Assembly (NCBI GenBank): GCA_025350245.1
Contig: JANXYG010000154.1
Location: 1,593-65,592 of the forward strand
Length of the DNA: 64,000 nt
Reading direction: 5' to 3'
Source: Betaproteobacteria bacterium
Lineage (GTDB): Bacteria; Pseudomonadota; Gammaproteobacteria; Burkholderiales; Ga0077523
Within the stretch, counting starts at the first letter, position 1. The number at the start of each line of letters is the position of its first letter. The position numbers were made by a program, and so were the translations under genes. Positions 10,492-19,553 of this stretch are shown here, in pieces. Under the pieces are notes generated by a model. It made no database searches. It saw only the letters and a program-made list of their open reading frames with translations, and was not told the DNA's origin.

Positions 10492-12156
10492 ATGACCACT
10501 GCCGACATGTCGGCGCATCGAACTCAGGCAGCGCTGGCGGTCGATCTGTTCCGCCGGCTCGAAGAACTCAACGAGGTCGGCATCGCGCTGTCGAAGGAGA
10601 AAGACCTCGATCGCCTGCTCGAAGCGATCCTCGTCGCCGCCAAGAAGATCACCAACGCCGACGGCGGCACGTTGTACCGCCGCCATCCCGAAGATCGGGA
10701 TCGGTTGAATTTCGAGATCATCCGCACGACCTCGCTCGGCATCGCCATGGGCGGCACCACTGGCGTGAAAATACCGTTCGATCCGGTGCCGTTGCGCGAC
10801 GCCCATGGCACCGAAAACACGTCGATGGTGGCCGCCTATGCCGTCCTGCGCGACCGCACCGTCAACATCACCGATGCGTACGTGGCCGACGGCTTCGATT
10901 TCTCCGGAACCAAGGCGTTCGACAGCCGCACGGGTTACCGGTCGAAGTCGTTTCTCACGGTGCCGATGAAGAACCACGAGGGCGAGATCATCGGCGTGCT
11001 GCAACTGATCAATTCCATCGACCGGGACAGTGGCGGGATCGTCGCTTTCAACGAAGCCGACCAGCGCCTGGCCGAATCGCTGGCTTCGCAGGCGGCGGTC
11101 GCGTTGACCAATCGCCTGCTGATCGTCCAGCTCGAGCAGCTGTTCGAGTCGTTTATCCACCTCATCAACGAGGCCATCGACGACAAGTCGCCTTACACGG
11201 GCGGTCACTGCAACCGGGTGCCGGTGCTGACCATGCTGCTCGCTGAAGCGGCCCACGACACCCGTTCGGGACCGCTGGCCGACTGGCGCATGAGCGACAA
11301 CGAGCGCTACGAACTCAAGATCGCTGGCTTGTTGCACGACTGCGGCAAGGTCACCACGCCGGTGCATGTGGTCGACAAGGCGACCAAGCTCCAGACGATC
11401 ACCGACCGCATCCACCTGGTCGATACCCGGTTCGAGGTGGTGCGGCGCGATGCCGAGATCGAGATGTTGCGTCGCATCGCTGCGTTGCCGGCCGGTACCG
11501 AGACTGCCACGCTGACCGAAACGCTGCGTGAGCGCCTCGTCGAGATCGATGGTGATCGTGCGTTTGTGCGCCAGTGCAATGTGGGCTCGGAGGCAATGTC
11601 TCCCGGCGACCAGGACCGGGTGCGTGACATCGCCGTCAAATATCGCTGGCGCAACGTCGACGGCGAAATGGCCGACTTTCTCACCGCAGAAGAGATCGAG
11701 AACCTCACCATCCGGGCCGGCACCCTGACCAGTGGCGAGCGACAGATCATCAACCACCACATCGACGTGACCATCAAGATGCTGGAGGCACTGCCGTGGC
11801 CGCGGCATCTGCGTCACGTGCCCGAGTTCGCCGGGGGTCACCACGAGCGCATGGACGGCAAAGGCTATCCGCGCGGGCTCACGCGTGACCAGATGTCGGT
11901 GCCGGCGCGGGTCATGGGCATTGCCGACATCTTCGAGGCGCTCACCGCCAAGGATCGACCCTACAAGAAGGGCAAGACCCTGACCGAATCGCTGCACATC
12001 CTCGGCAAGTTCCGGCTCAACGGCCATGTCGATCCGGACCTGTTCGACATCTTCGTTGGACAGCGCGTCTACCTGCGGTACGCCGAGCGGTTTCTCGATC
12101 GCGAGCAGATCGACGACGTCGATGTGTCAGCCATACCGGGGTACGCCGGCGACTGA
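10492..12156 (+). CDS. GAF + HD-GYP domain phosphodiesterase
   Basis: GAF (FDSRTGYRSKSFLTVP, GVLQLIN), YTGGHCNRV, LLHDCGK, HHERMDGKGYP, IADIFEALT. Confidence 0.92.
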   Translation: MTTADMSAHRTQAALAVDLFRRLEELNEVGIALSKEKDLDRLLEAILVAAKKITNADGGTLYRRHPEDRDRLNFEIIRTTSLGIAMGGTTGVKIPFDPVPLRDAHGTENTSMVAAYAVLRDRTVNITDAYVADGFDFSGTKAFDSRTGYRSKSFLTVPMKNHEGEIIGVLQLINSIDRDSGGIVAFNEADQRLAESLASQAAVALTNRLLIVQLEQLFESFIHLINEAIDDKSPYTGGHCNRVPVLTMLLAEAAHDTRSGPLADWRMSDNERYELKIAGLLHDCGKVTTPVHVVDKATKLQTITDRIHLVDTRFEVVRRDAEIEMLRRIAALPAGTETATLTETLRERLVEIDGDRAFVRQCNVGSEAMSPGDQDRVRDIAVKYRWRNVDGEMADFLTAEEIENLTIRAGTLTSGERQIINHHIDVTIKMLEALPWPRHLRHVPEFAGGHHERMDGKGYPRGLTRDQMSVPARVMGIADIFEALTAKDRPYKKGKTLTESLHILGKFRLNGHVDPDLFDIFVGQRVYLRYAERFLDREQIDDVDVSAIPGYAGD

Positions 12157-12169
12157 CAGAAAACGTCAG
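12153..12169. promoter_or_regulatory. Possible enhancer-binding-protein (PilR-like) site upstream of pilin
   Basis: Inverted repeat CTGAC-N7-GTCAG about 230 bp upstream of the sigma54 motif, followed by an AT-rich tract; assignment is inference. Confidence 0.35.
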
Positions 12170-12383
12170 GAACTGCCGATCACGTCGATGAGGCATTGAT
12201 TGTTCATTGCGTTCGTCGACGGCATTTCGTTTTAAATCTATCGTTTGGTAAGTATTTTTGCGCTATACGCTCCGATCGAAAAACCTCGCGCAAATTTTTT
12301 CGAGCTGTTCCAACGCTCATGTTTCGACCCATGTGCCTCACCTGACGCACCCGGGCAGTTTTTAGGGGTTGTCGGGGCCTCAC

Positions 12384-12398
12384 TGGCATACCGCTTGC
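12384..12398 (+). promoter_or_regulatory. sigma54 (-24/-12) promoter of pilin gene
   Basis: TGGCAT-ACCGC-TTGC matches TGGCAC-N5-TTGC with exact spacing, 70 bp upstream of the pilin ATG. Confidence 0.8.
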
Positions 12399-12468
12399 CT
12401 TTAGTCCCGCCGCACAGTGCCCGTTCGTGTCTCACGTTCATCACCACCCATTACATCAGGAGCTCCAC

Positions 12469-12912
12469 ATGAAGCGCATCCAGCAAGGTTTCACACTTAT
12501 CGAACTGATGATCGTGGTCGCGATCATCGGCATCCTGGCGGCGGTCGCGCTGCCGGCCTATCAGGACTACACCATCCGCGCCAGGCTTCAGGAAGCGGTC
12601 AGCCTCTCGGACCCGGCCCGTCTGTCCGTTGGTCAGGCTTGTTCCGAGGGGACGCTGGGCGCCGCCGCCACTTCTAACGGCGTTACCGACAACGCGTCGG
12701 CCGGCCTTGCGACGTCGATCACCGGAAAATACGTAACCAGCGTCGTCCTTACGACAGCGAGTACTGCTTCCGGGGTGGTGACCGTCGTGGTGAGAGCGAT
12801 CAACGCTGCGGTAGATGGTTCCAACATCGTCTGGACATCCACCTGCGACGCAGCCGGCAACCGTTGGGCGATCACCGGCAGCATCGCTGCGAAGTATCTC
12901 CCGAAGACCTGA
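12469..12912 (+). CDS. pilA: Type IVa major pilin
   Basis: MKRIQQG|[27 protein letters not shown] prepilin motif; AGGAG RBS; sigma54 promoter upstream and terminator downstream. Confidence 0.95.
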   Translation: MKRIQQGFTLIELMIVVAIIGILAAVALPAYQDYTIRARLQEAVSLSDPARLSVGQACSEGTLGAAATSNGVTDNASAGLATSITGKYVTSVVLTTASTASGVVTVVVRAINAAVDGSNIVWTSTCDAAGNRWAITGSIAAKYLPKT

Positions 12913-12938
12913 TCGGCAGTTGCATTCCCGGTTTTTCG

Positions 12939-12972
12939 CGACGAGGGGGCTTTCGGGCCCCTTTGTCGTTTT
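12939..12972 (+). terminator. Intrinsic terminator after pilin
   Basis: CGACGAGGGGGC-TTTCGG-GCCCCTTTGTCG stem followed by TTTT. Confidence 0.75.
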
Positions 12973-13019
12973 CCCAGTTCATCAGCCGCGACCGCGCGGT
13001 ATTTTCAGGACTCGACCAC

Positions 13020-13544
13020 ATGCGCAGGCTGCATATCGGCGGCAAGGAACGATCGGATGGGTGGGAAATCCTGGATGCTCTTGAACGGCCTGAAGTCGAC
13101 CATGTGGGTAACGCGAAAGATCTCGCGCGCTTCGCGGAGAATTCGTTCGACGTAGTGTACGCATCGCACGTGATGGAGCATTTCGACTATCGAGACGAGA
13201 TCGCCGAGGTTCTTCGAGAGTGGTGTCGCGTTCTCGCCCCTGGCGGCATGCTCAACGTCAGCGTTCCGGATTTGAATACCTTGGCCGAATTGTTCTTGTT
13301 GCGCGAGTCTCTGACCATCGATGATCGCTGGCTGATCATGAGAATGATGTTCGGCGGTCATGTCGACGAATACGACTATCACCAAGTCGGATTGAACGAA
13401 GAGTTTCTCAGCCTCTACCTGATCCGGGCCGGGTTCACGCAGATTCGGCGGGTGGATGACTTCGGTTTCTTTGCCGACACCAGCATGCTGAAGTTTGCCG
13501 GTATCCCGATCAGTTGCAACCTCGAAGCAAGAAAGCCTCAGTAG
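13020..13544 (+). CDS. SAM-dependent methyltransferase (type 11-like)
   Basis: RLHIGG, DHVGNA.DL..F..NSFDVVYASHVMEH, EWCRVLAPGG..VSVPD. Confidence 0.8.
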   Translation: MRRLHIGGKERSDGWEILDALERPEVDHVGNAKDLARFAENSFDVVYASHVMEHFDYRDEIAEVLREWCRVLAPGGMLNVSVPDLNTLAELFLLRESLTIDDRWLIMRMMFGGHVDEYDYHQVGLNEEFLSLYLIRAGFTQIRRVDDFGFFADTSMLKFAGIPISCNLEARKPQ

Positions 13545-13569
13545 CTCGGGACAGCTGGACAAACATCGG

Positions 13570-16290
13570 TCAGAAACCGGCCAACCACTGCGCATGCATG
13601 TCCAGGTAGGCCGCTTCGACCTGCCGGGTGAGCCGCTCGACATTGCCGAGCGAGGACCCCGCCAGTCTTTGCCGCAGAGTCCGGCGCAGTAACGCAATCC
13701 GCTCGGGATCGTGAGCGAGGGCCACGGCGATGGCGATGTACGCGGCGGGCGAGTACCCGATCAGTTCCTCGCAGCCGATTGCAGTCAACAGTGATACGCC
13801 CACCCGGGCTGCGTGCCGGTCTCCGGCCAACGTGACTACCGGTACGCCCATCCACAGCGCCTCGCAGGTGGTGGTGGTACCGTGATACGGAAACGTGTCC
13901 AGGGCGATGTCGATGTTCGAATAGGTTGTCAGGTGATCGTGGTGTGAATCGCTCGGCCCCAGCAGGTCGAGGCGCGAAATGTCGAACCCCAACGCTTCGA
14001 ATCTTGTCAGCGTTTCTTGTCGCAGCACCTCATCGCGCAGCGCAAGCGTCTTGATCGCGAGTCGTGCGCCGGATACTGCTGCCAGTATCGCAGCCCATAG
14101 CCTGATCGCGACGTCGCTGATCTTCACGAAATTGTTGAAACTACCGAAGGTCACGTAACCTTTTGTCTGGTGCGGTGACACCACTCTTGCCGATGGCCAT
14201 TCGGCGTCTGGCCTGAAGGCGAGAAACACCTCCGGCAATCGGTAGAGGCGTTCGACATACTGCGGGTCGGCATCGGGCGCGGGATCTGCCCACCGATCGG
14301 TTATCCGCCAGTCCATGCTCGCGACCCCGGTGCCGCTCGGATAGCCTAGCCAGGTGACCTGGACGGGCGCTACCCGGCGCGCCAATACGGGCAACAGATT
14401 TCTGGCGGTGTGACCGGCAAGATCGATCACGACGTCCAACTCATCTGCCAGCATGACGCGCTCGGCTTCATCGACAGAAACATGCCCCACTTCCCGCCAG
14501 ACATCCGACAGATCGCGAATACGCCGGGTCGTGGCGTCCGCCTCGGTGCTGGTGAAGTAACAGTACACGTCGAACAGGTTCCGATCGTGTTTCTGCAGCA
14601 CCGGTTCGATGAAAAAGGCCACCACATGGCGACGAAAATCAGGCGATACATAGCCGATCCTCAGCTTGCGTTTGCGTCTCTCGGAAGGCCTCGTGAAACT
14701 TCGCTCGGCTTCCAGACCCGGGTCGAACTGTCCGGCGAACTCGCGCTGGGCCTCGAGCAGTTGGGCGGGTGTGGTTTCCTCGCTGTAATTGAGACTTAAC
14801 AGCAGATTGCTCCACGCTACCGCCAGCGTGGGATTGATCTGCAGGACGCGTCGCGTGATCTCGACGAATTCGCGGATCCGCCCTCGAGCCTGAATCGCGT
14901 TGCCGAGATTCAGCAGCGCATCGGTATTGTCGGGCTCGATCGCCAGCGCTGCCCGAGCCGACATTTCGGCTTCGGTGTTGCGGCCCAAGGAGCCATAGAG
15001 ATTCGCAAGGTTGACATGAGGCCCCACCATGTCGGGTTTGAGTTCGAGAGCCCGCTTGAGGTACCGCTCCGCGTCCTCGGTTCGGCGTAGTTCGCGATAC
15101 AACACACCGAGATTGCCCAGTGCCTCGGGAGTATCGGGTTTGAGCCGCAGGAGTTCTTCCAGGACATGCGCACCTTCCACGAACCGGCCTTGATGATGAA
15201 GCATGCTCGAAAGATTCAGCAACGCATCGGTGTCGCCCTTTGCGCCACCGAGTTCCACAGCCCGCCAATATGCGGCTTCCGCTTCGTCGTAGAGCCGTCT
15301 CGCGGCCAATACGTTGCCGAGGATCAAGTGAGGCTCCCCGACGTTCGGGTTCTGGCTTATGGCCGTGTGCAACTGCTCCTCGGCTTCGGGAAACTTCTGG
15401 CTCTGTTCGAGCGTGATGGCGTACTGGACGCGGGCTGAAAACGACTGCGGGTCGATCGCCACCGCATGCGCGTGATAGCGCTCGGCATCCGCCAACTGGC
15501 CGGCGATCCTCCGCGTGCTGCCAAGTGCGAGCCAGCCATCGGTCCAGTCGGGATAACGGTCTGTCAACTGCGCGAAGACCACAGTGGCACCGTCTGTATC
15601 TCCGCGTTGGAGGCGTACGGCCCCGAGATTCAGCCGGGCTGCCCGATGCTCCGGGTTTTGCTCCAGCGCAATGGCGTAGAACTCTTCGGCGCGGTCGACA
15701 GGCCCTTCTGTTTGCAAGAACAAAGCCAGGGCGAAGGCGCTTTCCGCAGAACTGTGGGCGGCGCGGTCGAGTGCCGACAACGCAGTCATCCAGTCTTGGT
15801 TCTGGTCGGTGGCCGCCAGCGCTCGTGCAAGATTCCACCAGGCAACAGCTTGGTCCGGAAATTTCACAACCGTACCTCGCCAGGTTGACAAGGCGTCGGC
15901 CGCCCGCCCCATTCGCTCCTGCATGAGCCCTAGTTCGATCTGCCAGTCAGGTTCCGCGTCGGAGCAGGCTACGGCCAGTACCAGGGCATCGACCGCAGCG
16001 TCGGTCTGATTCATCCCGAGGAGTGCCTGATGTCTGGCGTAATGATTGACGCCGCCTTGCGATTGGAGCCGGCAAGCCTTTTCCAGCTTCGCCAGCCCCG
16101 TTTGGGATCGCCCAGCATTCGCCTCGAGAAGACCGAGCCTCCGGAGCGCGCCGACATGGTCCGGATCGAGGCGAAGGGCCGCTTCGAATGCGGCAATCGC
16201 GCCGGCATTGGCCCCAACGGCCAAACCTTCGGTCACGAGCCGATCCGCAGACGCGGTCTTCGATGCTGCGCTTCTGAGCCATCGGAGCAT
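13570..16290 (-). CDS. TPR-repeat SPINDLY/OGT-like glycosyltransferase (GT41)
   Basis: Many TPRs, then LRIGYVSPDFRRH, DLAGHT, PVQVTWLGYP, GSFNNFVKI, DIALDTFPYHGTTTTCEALWMGVPVVTL. Confidence 0.9.
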   Translation of the reverse strand: MLRWLRSAASKTASADRLVTEGLAVGANAGAIAAFEAALRLDPDHVGALRRLGLLEANAGRSQTGLAKLEKACRLQSQGGVNHYARHQALLGMNQTDAAVDALVLAVACSDAEPDWQIELGLMQERMGRAADALSTWRGTVVKFPDQAVAWWNLARALAATDQNQDWMTALSALDRAAHSSAESAFALALFLQTEGPVDRAEEFYAIALEQNPEHRAARLNLGAVRLQRGDTDGATVVFAQLTDRYPDWTDGWLALGSTRRIAGQLADAERYHAHAVAIDPQSFSARVQYAITLEQSQKFPEAEEQLHTAISQNPNVGEPHLILGNVLAARRLYDEAEAAYWRAVELGGAKGDTDALLNLSSMLHHQGRFVEGAHVLEELLRLKPDTPEALGNLGVLYRELRRTEDAERYLKRALELKPDMVGPHVNLANLYGSLGRNTEAEMSARAALAIEPDNTDALLNLGNAIQARGRIREFVEITRRVLQINPTLAVAWSNLLLSLNYSEETTPAQLLEAQREFAGQFDPGLEAERSFTRPSERRKRKLRIGYVSPDFRRHVVAFFIEPVLQKHDRNLFDVYCYFTSTEADATTRRIRDLSDVWREVGHVSVDEAERVMLADELDVVIDLAGHTARNLLPVLARRVAPVQVTWLGYPSGTGVASMDWRITDRWADPAPDADPQYVERLYRLPEVFLAFRPDAEWPSARVVSPHQTKGYVTFGSFNNFVKISDVAIRLWAAILAAVSGARLAIKTLALRDEVLRQETLTRFEALGFDISRLDLLGPSDSHHDHLTTYSNIDIALDTFPYHGTTTTCEALWMGVPVVTLAGDRHAARVGVSLLTAIGCEELIGYSPAAYIAIAVALAHDPERIALLRRTLRQRLAGSSLGNVERLTRQVEAAYLDMHAQWLAGF

Positions 16291-16631
16291 GAAAAATATC
16301 CGTGTTGTGTCGGTGAAGTTACGTCTGTGGGTGCTGGTCCGTGTTGCTGGGCCTGCACTCTCGTAAAACACGAGGTTGCGCGGAAGGTGGCGCGCGTATT
16401 GCTGAATCAGTGCTGGACATGGATCTGATTTCGGGTGGTGTCACCTGCCAGAAACGTCGGCCATCGGATCGATTCCGGTACCGGGTTGCCGGTTTGCACA
16501 CGGTGTCGCCGCTGCTCTAGGGGCTTCGATCGGCGAGGAACCGCCCGGGCACGGTCGACGCCGCGTTCACATTGCGCGATGATAATTGCCGGTAATGAAA
16601 CCAGTCGTTGATTTCACTCGGAGCTGCACAC

Positions 16632-16937
16632 ATGTTCGCTTTTTTCGACACCCGAAAGGTCGATGACTTCGCCCGCGGTCTGGCCGCCGACCTCGGGCGC
16701 CGCTTTCCACCGGCGAGCGAGGCGCGCACCGACAAGGGCGCCGCCAACCAGCTCGCTGTGGTCACCGAAGGGCTCTATGCCCGCGCGCTCCGGTTTCACC
16801 AAGAAAACCGCCTTGGGATCTATCGCAAGGCCAAGCTCGGTAACACCTTCAAGTGGCAGCTCAAGGAATTGGGCTACACGGACAGGTTCGTGGAGCAGTT
16901 GACCAAGGGTTTGGTGATCAGGCTCGCGAAGAAGTAG
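16632..16937 (+). CDS. Hypothetical protein (101 aa, basic, probably helical)
   Basis: GGAG RBS; host-like codon usage; no recognised motif. Confidence 0.65.
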   Translation: MFAFFDTRKVDDFARGLAADLGRRFPPASEARTDKGAANQLAVVTEGLYARALRFHQENRLGIYRKAKLGNTFKWQLKELGYTDRFVEQLTKGLVIRLAKK

Positions 16938-16960
16938 CCCTGTCGCCACTGTCGGCATGA

Positions 16961-17794
16961 CTACCGTCGATACACCGACGCCTGCAATGGCAGGCCATTG
17001 CTCAGATAGGCGTGGAAGTACTCGAGGTTGTTGAAGTCTTCGCCGCCGATTGCGAATGGCTGGGCCCGCACCTGCTCCATGCAGCGGGTGAAGCGCATCT
17101 GCGCCGTGTAGAGCGTATCGCCGCCCCGAAAGATGGGGAAATGCGTTGCCTGGCCGATCGCCGGGGAGATGGTTTCCATCCGCATCACATTGCCGGCATT
17201 GTTCACGTGGCACGTCGCGCAGGAAAAATTCATCTGGCCGATGCGGCGATAGAACAGGCGCTTGCCGTCTTCGTACCGGGCTTTCGCCCCATCACTGTCG
17301 ATGCTGATGTTCATGCGCATGCCGTCGGACAGTGAGCGGGCATATGCGGTCAGCACACCCATCGTGGCCCGGTCGTCATAACGATACTCGGCCTCGCCGT
17401 TGGCGGCGCGGCAGCGGTTCAACGCCATCTCGAAGGTGACGACGCGATCTTCGGCCGGTTGGTAGTACGGATAGTTGCCCGCGATCATGCGCCCGCCGGC
17501 CGGCAGGCAGTCGGCATAGGTGCGGCCTGAGCGGAACCGGGTTTCCCAGAGTGTCTTGCCGCGTTCGATGTCGCCGAGAAACGGCGGAAAGGCCATGATG
17601 TCTTCGTAGTGCGAGCGGGCGGCGCGGTTGAGCATGAAGGTGCCGAACCCGTAGTCGTCGGCCGGCACTCCCGCGAAACGCTGCTCGAATCGCGACCGCA
17701 TCGTCGCGAGGTCATCTTTCGGCGCTGCGACCGCCGTGCCGCCGACGGCCACGATGGCGAGCATGCAGAACAATGCCGACCGCGGTGTCGTCAC
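16961..17794 (-). CDS. soxA: Sulfur oxidation c-type cytochrome SoxA
   Basis: Signal peptide, single CATCH heme motif, RFTRCMEQVRA, NNLEYFHAYLSNGLP; GTG start overlaps soxZ stop. Confidence 0.88.
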   Translation of the reverse strand: MTTPRSALFCMLAIVAVGGTAVAAPKDDLATMRSRFEQRFAGVPADDYGFGTFMLNRAARSHYEDIMAFPPFLGDIERGKTLWETRFRSGRTYADCLPAGGRMIAGNYPYYQPAEDRVVTFEMALNRCRAANGEAEYRYDDRATMGVLTAYARSLSDGMRMNISIDSDGAKARYEDGKRLFYRRIGQMNFSCATCHVNNAGNVMRMETISPAIGQATHFPIFRGGDTLYTAQMRFTRCMEQVRAQPFAIGGEDFNNLEYFHAYLSNGLPLQASVYRR

Positions 17795-18114
17795 TTGATG
17801 ACCGTCTCCAGCGCATTGGATTCGCCGCGGTTGTCCTGCCAGGAGACGCCGATGGTGTCGCCCGACTTCGCGCCCCGGACCCGAAACTCGAGAAAAGGGT
17901 TCTTCGAAACCGATCGACTCCACTGCGCATCCAGTACGGTACGGCCGTTGTGGGTGGCTACCACGTGTTCGATGAAGTGGCGCGGGACGGTCTCGATCAT
18001 CTCGTCCGACTTCGGATCCTTGCGCAGGCCGGTCTCCATCGGGTGCGGCATGAGCACCTTGACGATGGCGATGTCGCCGTCCAGCGTGATGCGCATCCTG
18101 ATCGGGTCGGCCAT
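17791..18114 (-). CDS. soxZ: Thiosulfate oxidation carrier complex protein SoxZ
   Basis: HPMETGLRKD, HFIE, SVSKNPFLEF, SWQDNRG motifs. Confidence 0.9.
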   Translation of the reverse strand: MADPIRMRITLDGDIAIVKVLMPHPMETGLRKDPKSDEMIETVPRHFIEHVVATHNGRTVLDAQWSRSVSKNPFLEFRVRGAKSGDTIGVSWQDNRGESNALETVIK

Positions 18115-18124
18115 GTCGGGGCGA

Positions 18125-18589
18125 TCAGCCGGCGCAACCGCCGATGGTGACCTTGGTCTCGCGGCGCACGAAATAGAAGCGATCGGCGGCCTTGACGACG
18201 ACCCGCAGGAATGCGGAGTCGGCCATCTTGATGCGCACCGCGACGTAGGGTTCGAGGCCCGGCAGCAGATCGAACTGCGCCACCAGCGGCTGCGGGTTTT
18301 TCTCGGCGAACAGCCAGATGGTCGCGGTCTGCGGCAGCAGCGACTGGATCTCGAGATGCACGATGGCGCTGTTCTCGGCGATGTCCGGCGCCTTGAAGAC
18401 GATGCGATCGGTTTCGATCGCGCCGTCGGCCCCGATGGCGGCAATGCCCTCTTCGAGCAGCTTGGTGTCGAACGCGACGTTGTTGCGGGCCGCCCAGGCT
18501 TTCAGCGGCGCCAGAACCGCGACCATTACCGCGAGCACCCCCCGCACCAGGCTGCGTCTTGCACGGTCGATGGGAGTGCGGATGTTCAC
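18125..18589 (-). CDS. soxY: Thiosulfate oxidation carrier protein SoxY
   Basis: Tat-like RR signal, APDIAEN, EKNPQP, RIKM, C-terminal KVTIGGCAG arm. Confidence 0.88.
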   Translation of the reverse strand: MNIRTPIDRARRSLVRGVLAVMVAVLAPLKAWAARNNVAFDTKLLEEGIAAIGADGAIETDRIVFKAPDIAENSAIVHLEIQSLLPQTATIWLFAEKNPQPLVAQFDLLPGLEPYVAVRIKMADSAFLRVVVKAADRFYFVRRETKVTIGGCAG

Positions 18590-18993
18590 AGTCCGAACAC
18601 GTAGTCGGTGACGGCGTCGATTTCCGCGTCGGTCAGGATGCGGTGGCGGCCATAGCGCGGCATGAGTGTTTCCGGATTGCGCGCGGCGGCATCCCATATC
18701 TGCGCCCGCAGTTGCGAGCGGTCGGGGTAGCGCTTGCGCACATCCTGCAACGCTGGTCCGAGAGTGGCGTCGGTCATGGCGAGCGGATCGGCCGGCATAC
18801 GATGGCAGGCGAGGCAATTGCCGCGTTCCTGGCCCTGGGCTATCGCTCGCCCGTCGAGCGCCGCTGCTGTGGCGACGGTCGGTGTGAGCAGCAGCGCCAG
18901 CGCCGCAGCCGCGAATCGGCGCCTCGAAACGAAGATCGGCATGCCGGTTGTGACCGCCTGGCGCCGCTGCGGTTCGCCGCCACGCCGTGTCAT
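18586..18993 (-). CDS. soxX: Sulfur oxidation c-type cytochrome SoxX (alternative start 18942)
   Basis: GNCLACH heme motif, [19 protein letters not shown]. Confidence 0.88.
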   Translation of the reverse strand: MTRRGGEPQRRQAVTTGMPIFVSRRRFAAAALALLLTPTVATAAALDGRAIAQGQERGNCLACHRMPADPLAMTDATLGPALQDVRKRYPDRSQLRAQIWDAAARNPETLMPRYGRHRILTDAEIDAVTDYVFGL

Positions 18994-19481
18994 TGGCTGG
19001 TGGTGGTGGCGGCGGTCCAGTGGCCCGACTTGCCGCCCTTCTTTTCGAGCAGGCGCACGCCGTCGATGCACATACCGCGATCGACCGCCTTGCACATGTC
19101 GTAGATGGTGAGCAGCCCGACGCTGGTGGCGGTCAGGGCCTCCATCTCGACACCGGTGCGTCCGAAACATTCGACCGTGGCGGTGCAGTCAACCGCATCG
19201 TTGTCGTGGTCGATGTGGAACTCGACCGCTACTCGCGTGATGGCGATCGGATGGCAGAGCGGGATCAGTTCGGAAGTACGCTTTGCCGCCTGGATCGCAG
19301 CGACCCGGGCGACGCCGAGGACGTCGCCTTTTTTCGCGGTTCCCAGGACGATCAGCGCCAGTGTCGTCGGCTGCATCGCGATGCGGCCAGTCGCGATCGC
19401 AACCCTGGTCGTCTCCGCCTTATCGCCCACGCCGACCATATGGGCCTGGCCTTCGGCGTCGAAATGGTTCAGTGCACTCAC
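18990..19481 (-). CDS. moaC: Cyclic pyranopterin monophosphate synthase
   Basis: [45 protein letters not shown]. Confidence 0.95.
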   Translation of the reverse strand: MSALNHFDAEGQAHMVGVGDKAETTRVAIATGRIAMQPTTLALIVLGTAKKGDVLGVARVAAIQAAKRTSELIPLCHPIAITRVAVEFHIDHDNDAVDCTATVECFGRTGVEMEALTATSVGLLTIYDMCKAVDRGMCIDGVRLLEKKGGKSGHWTAATTTSQ

Positions 19482-19553
19482 GGGGGTTTTGGCGCCGCGG
19501 GGCGGCGACGCGTGAACGAACTATCGAGAGTCCGAGGCTATCATAGCGATGCC

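Noticed and set aside
12469-12912. Electrically conductive (e-pilin) candidate
   Set aside because: Full-length pilin with low aromatic content and long aromatic-free gaps
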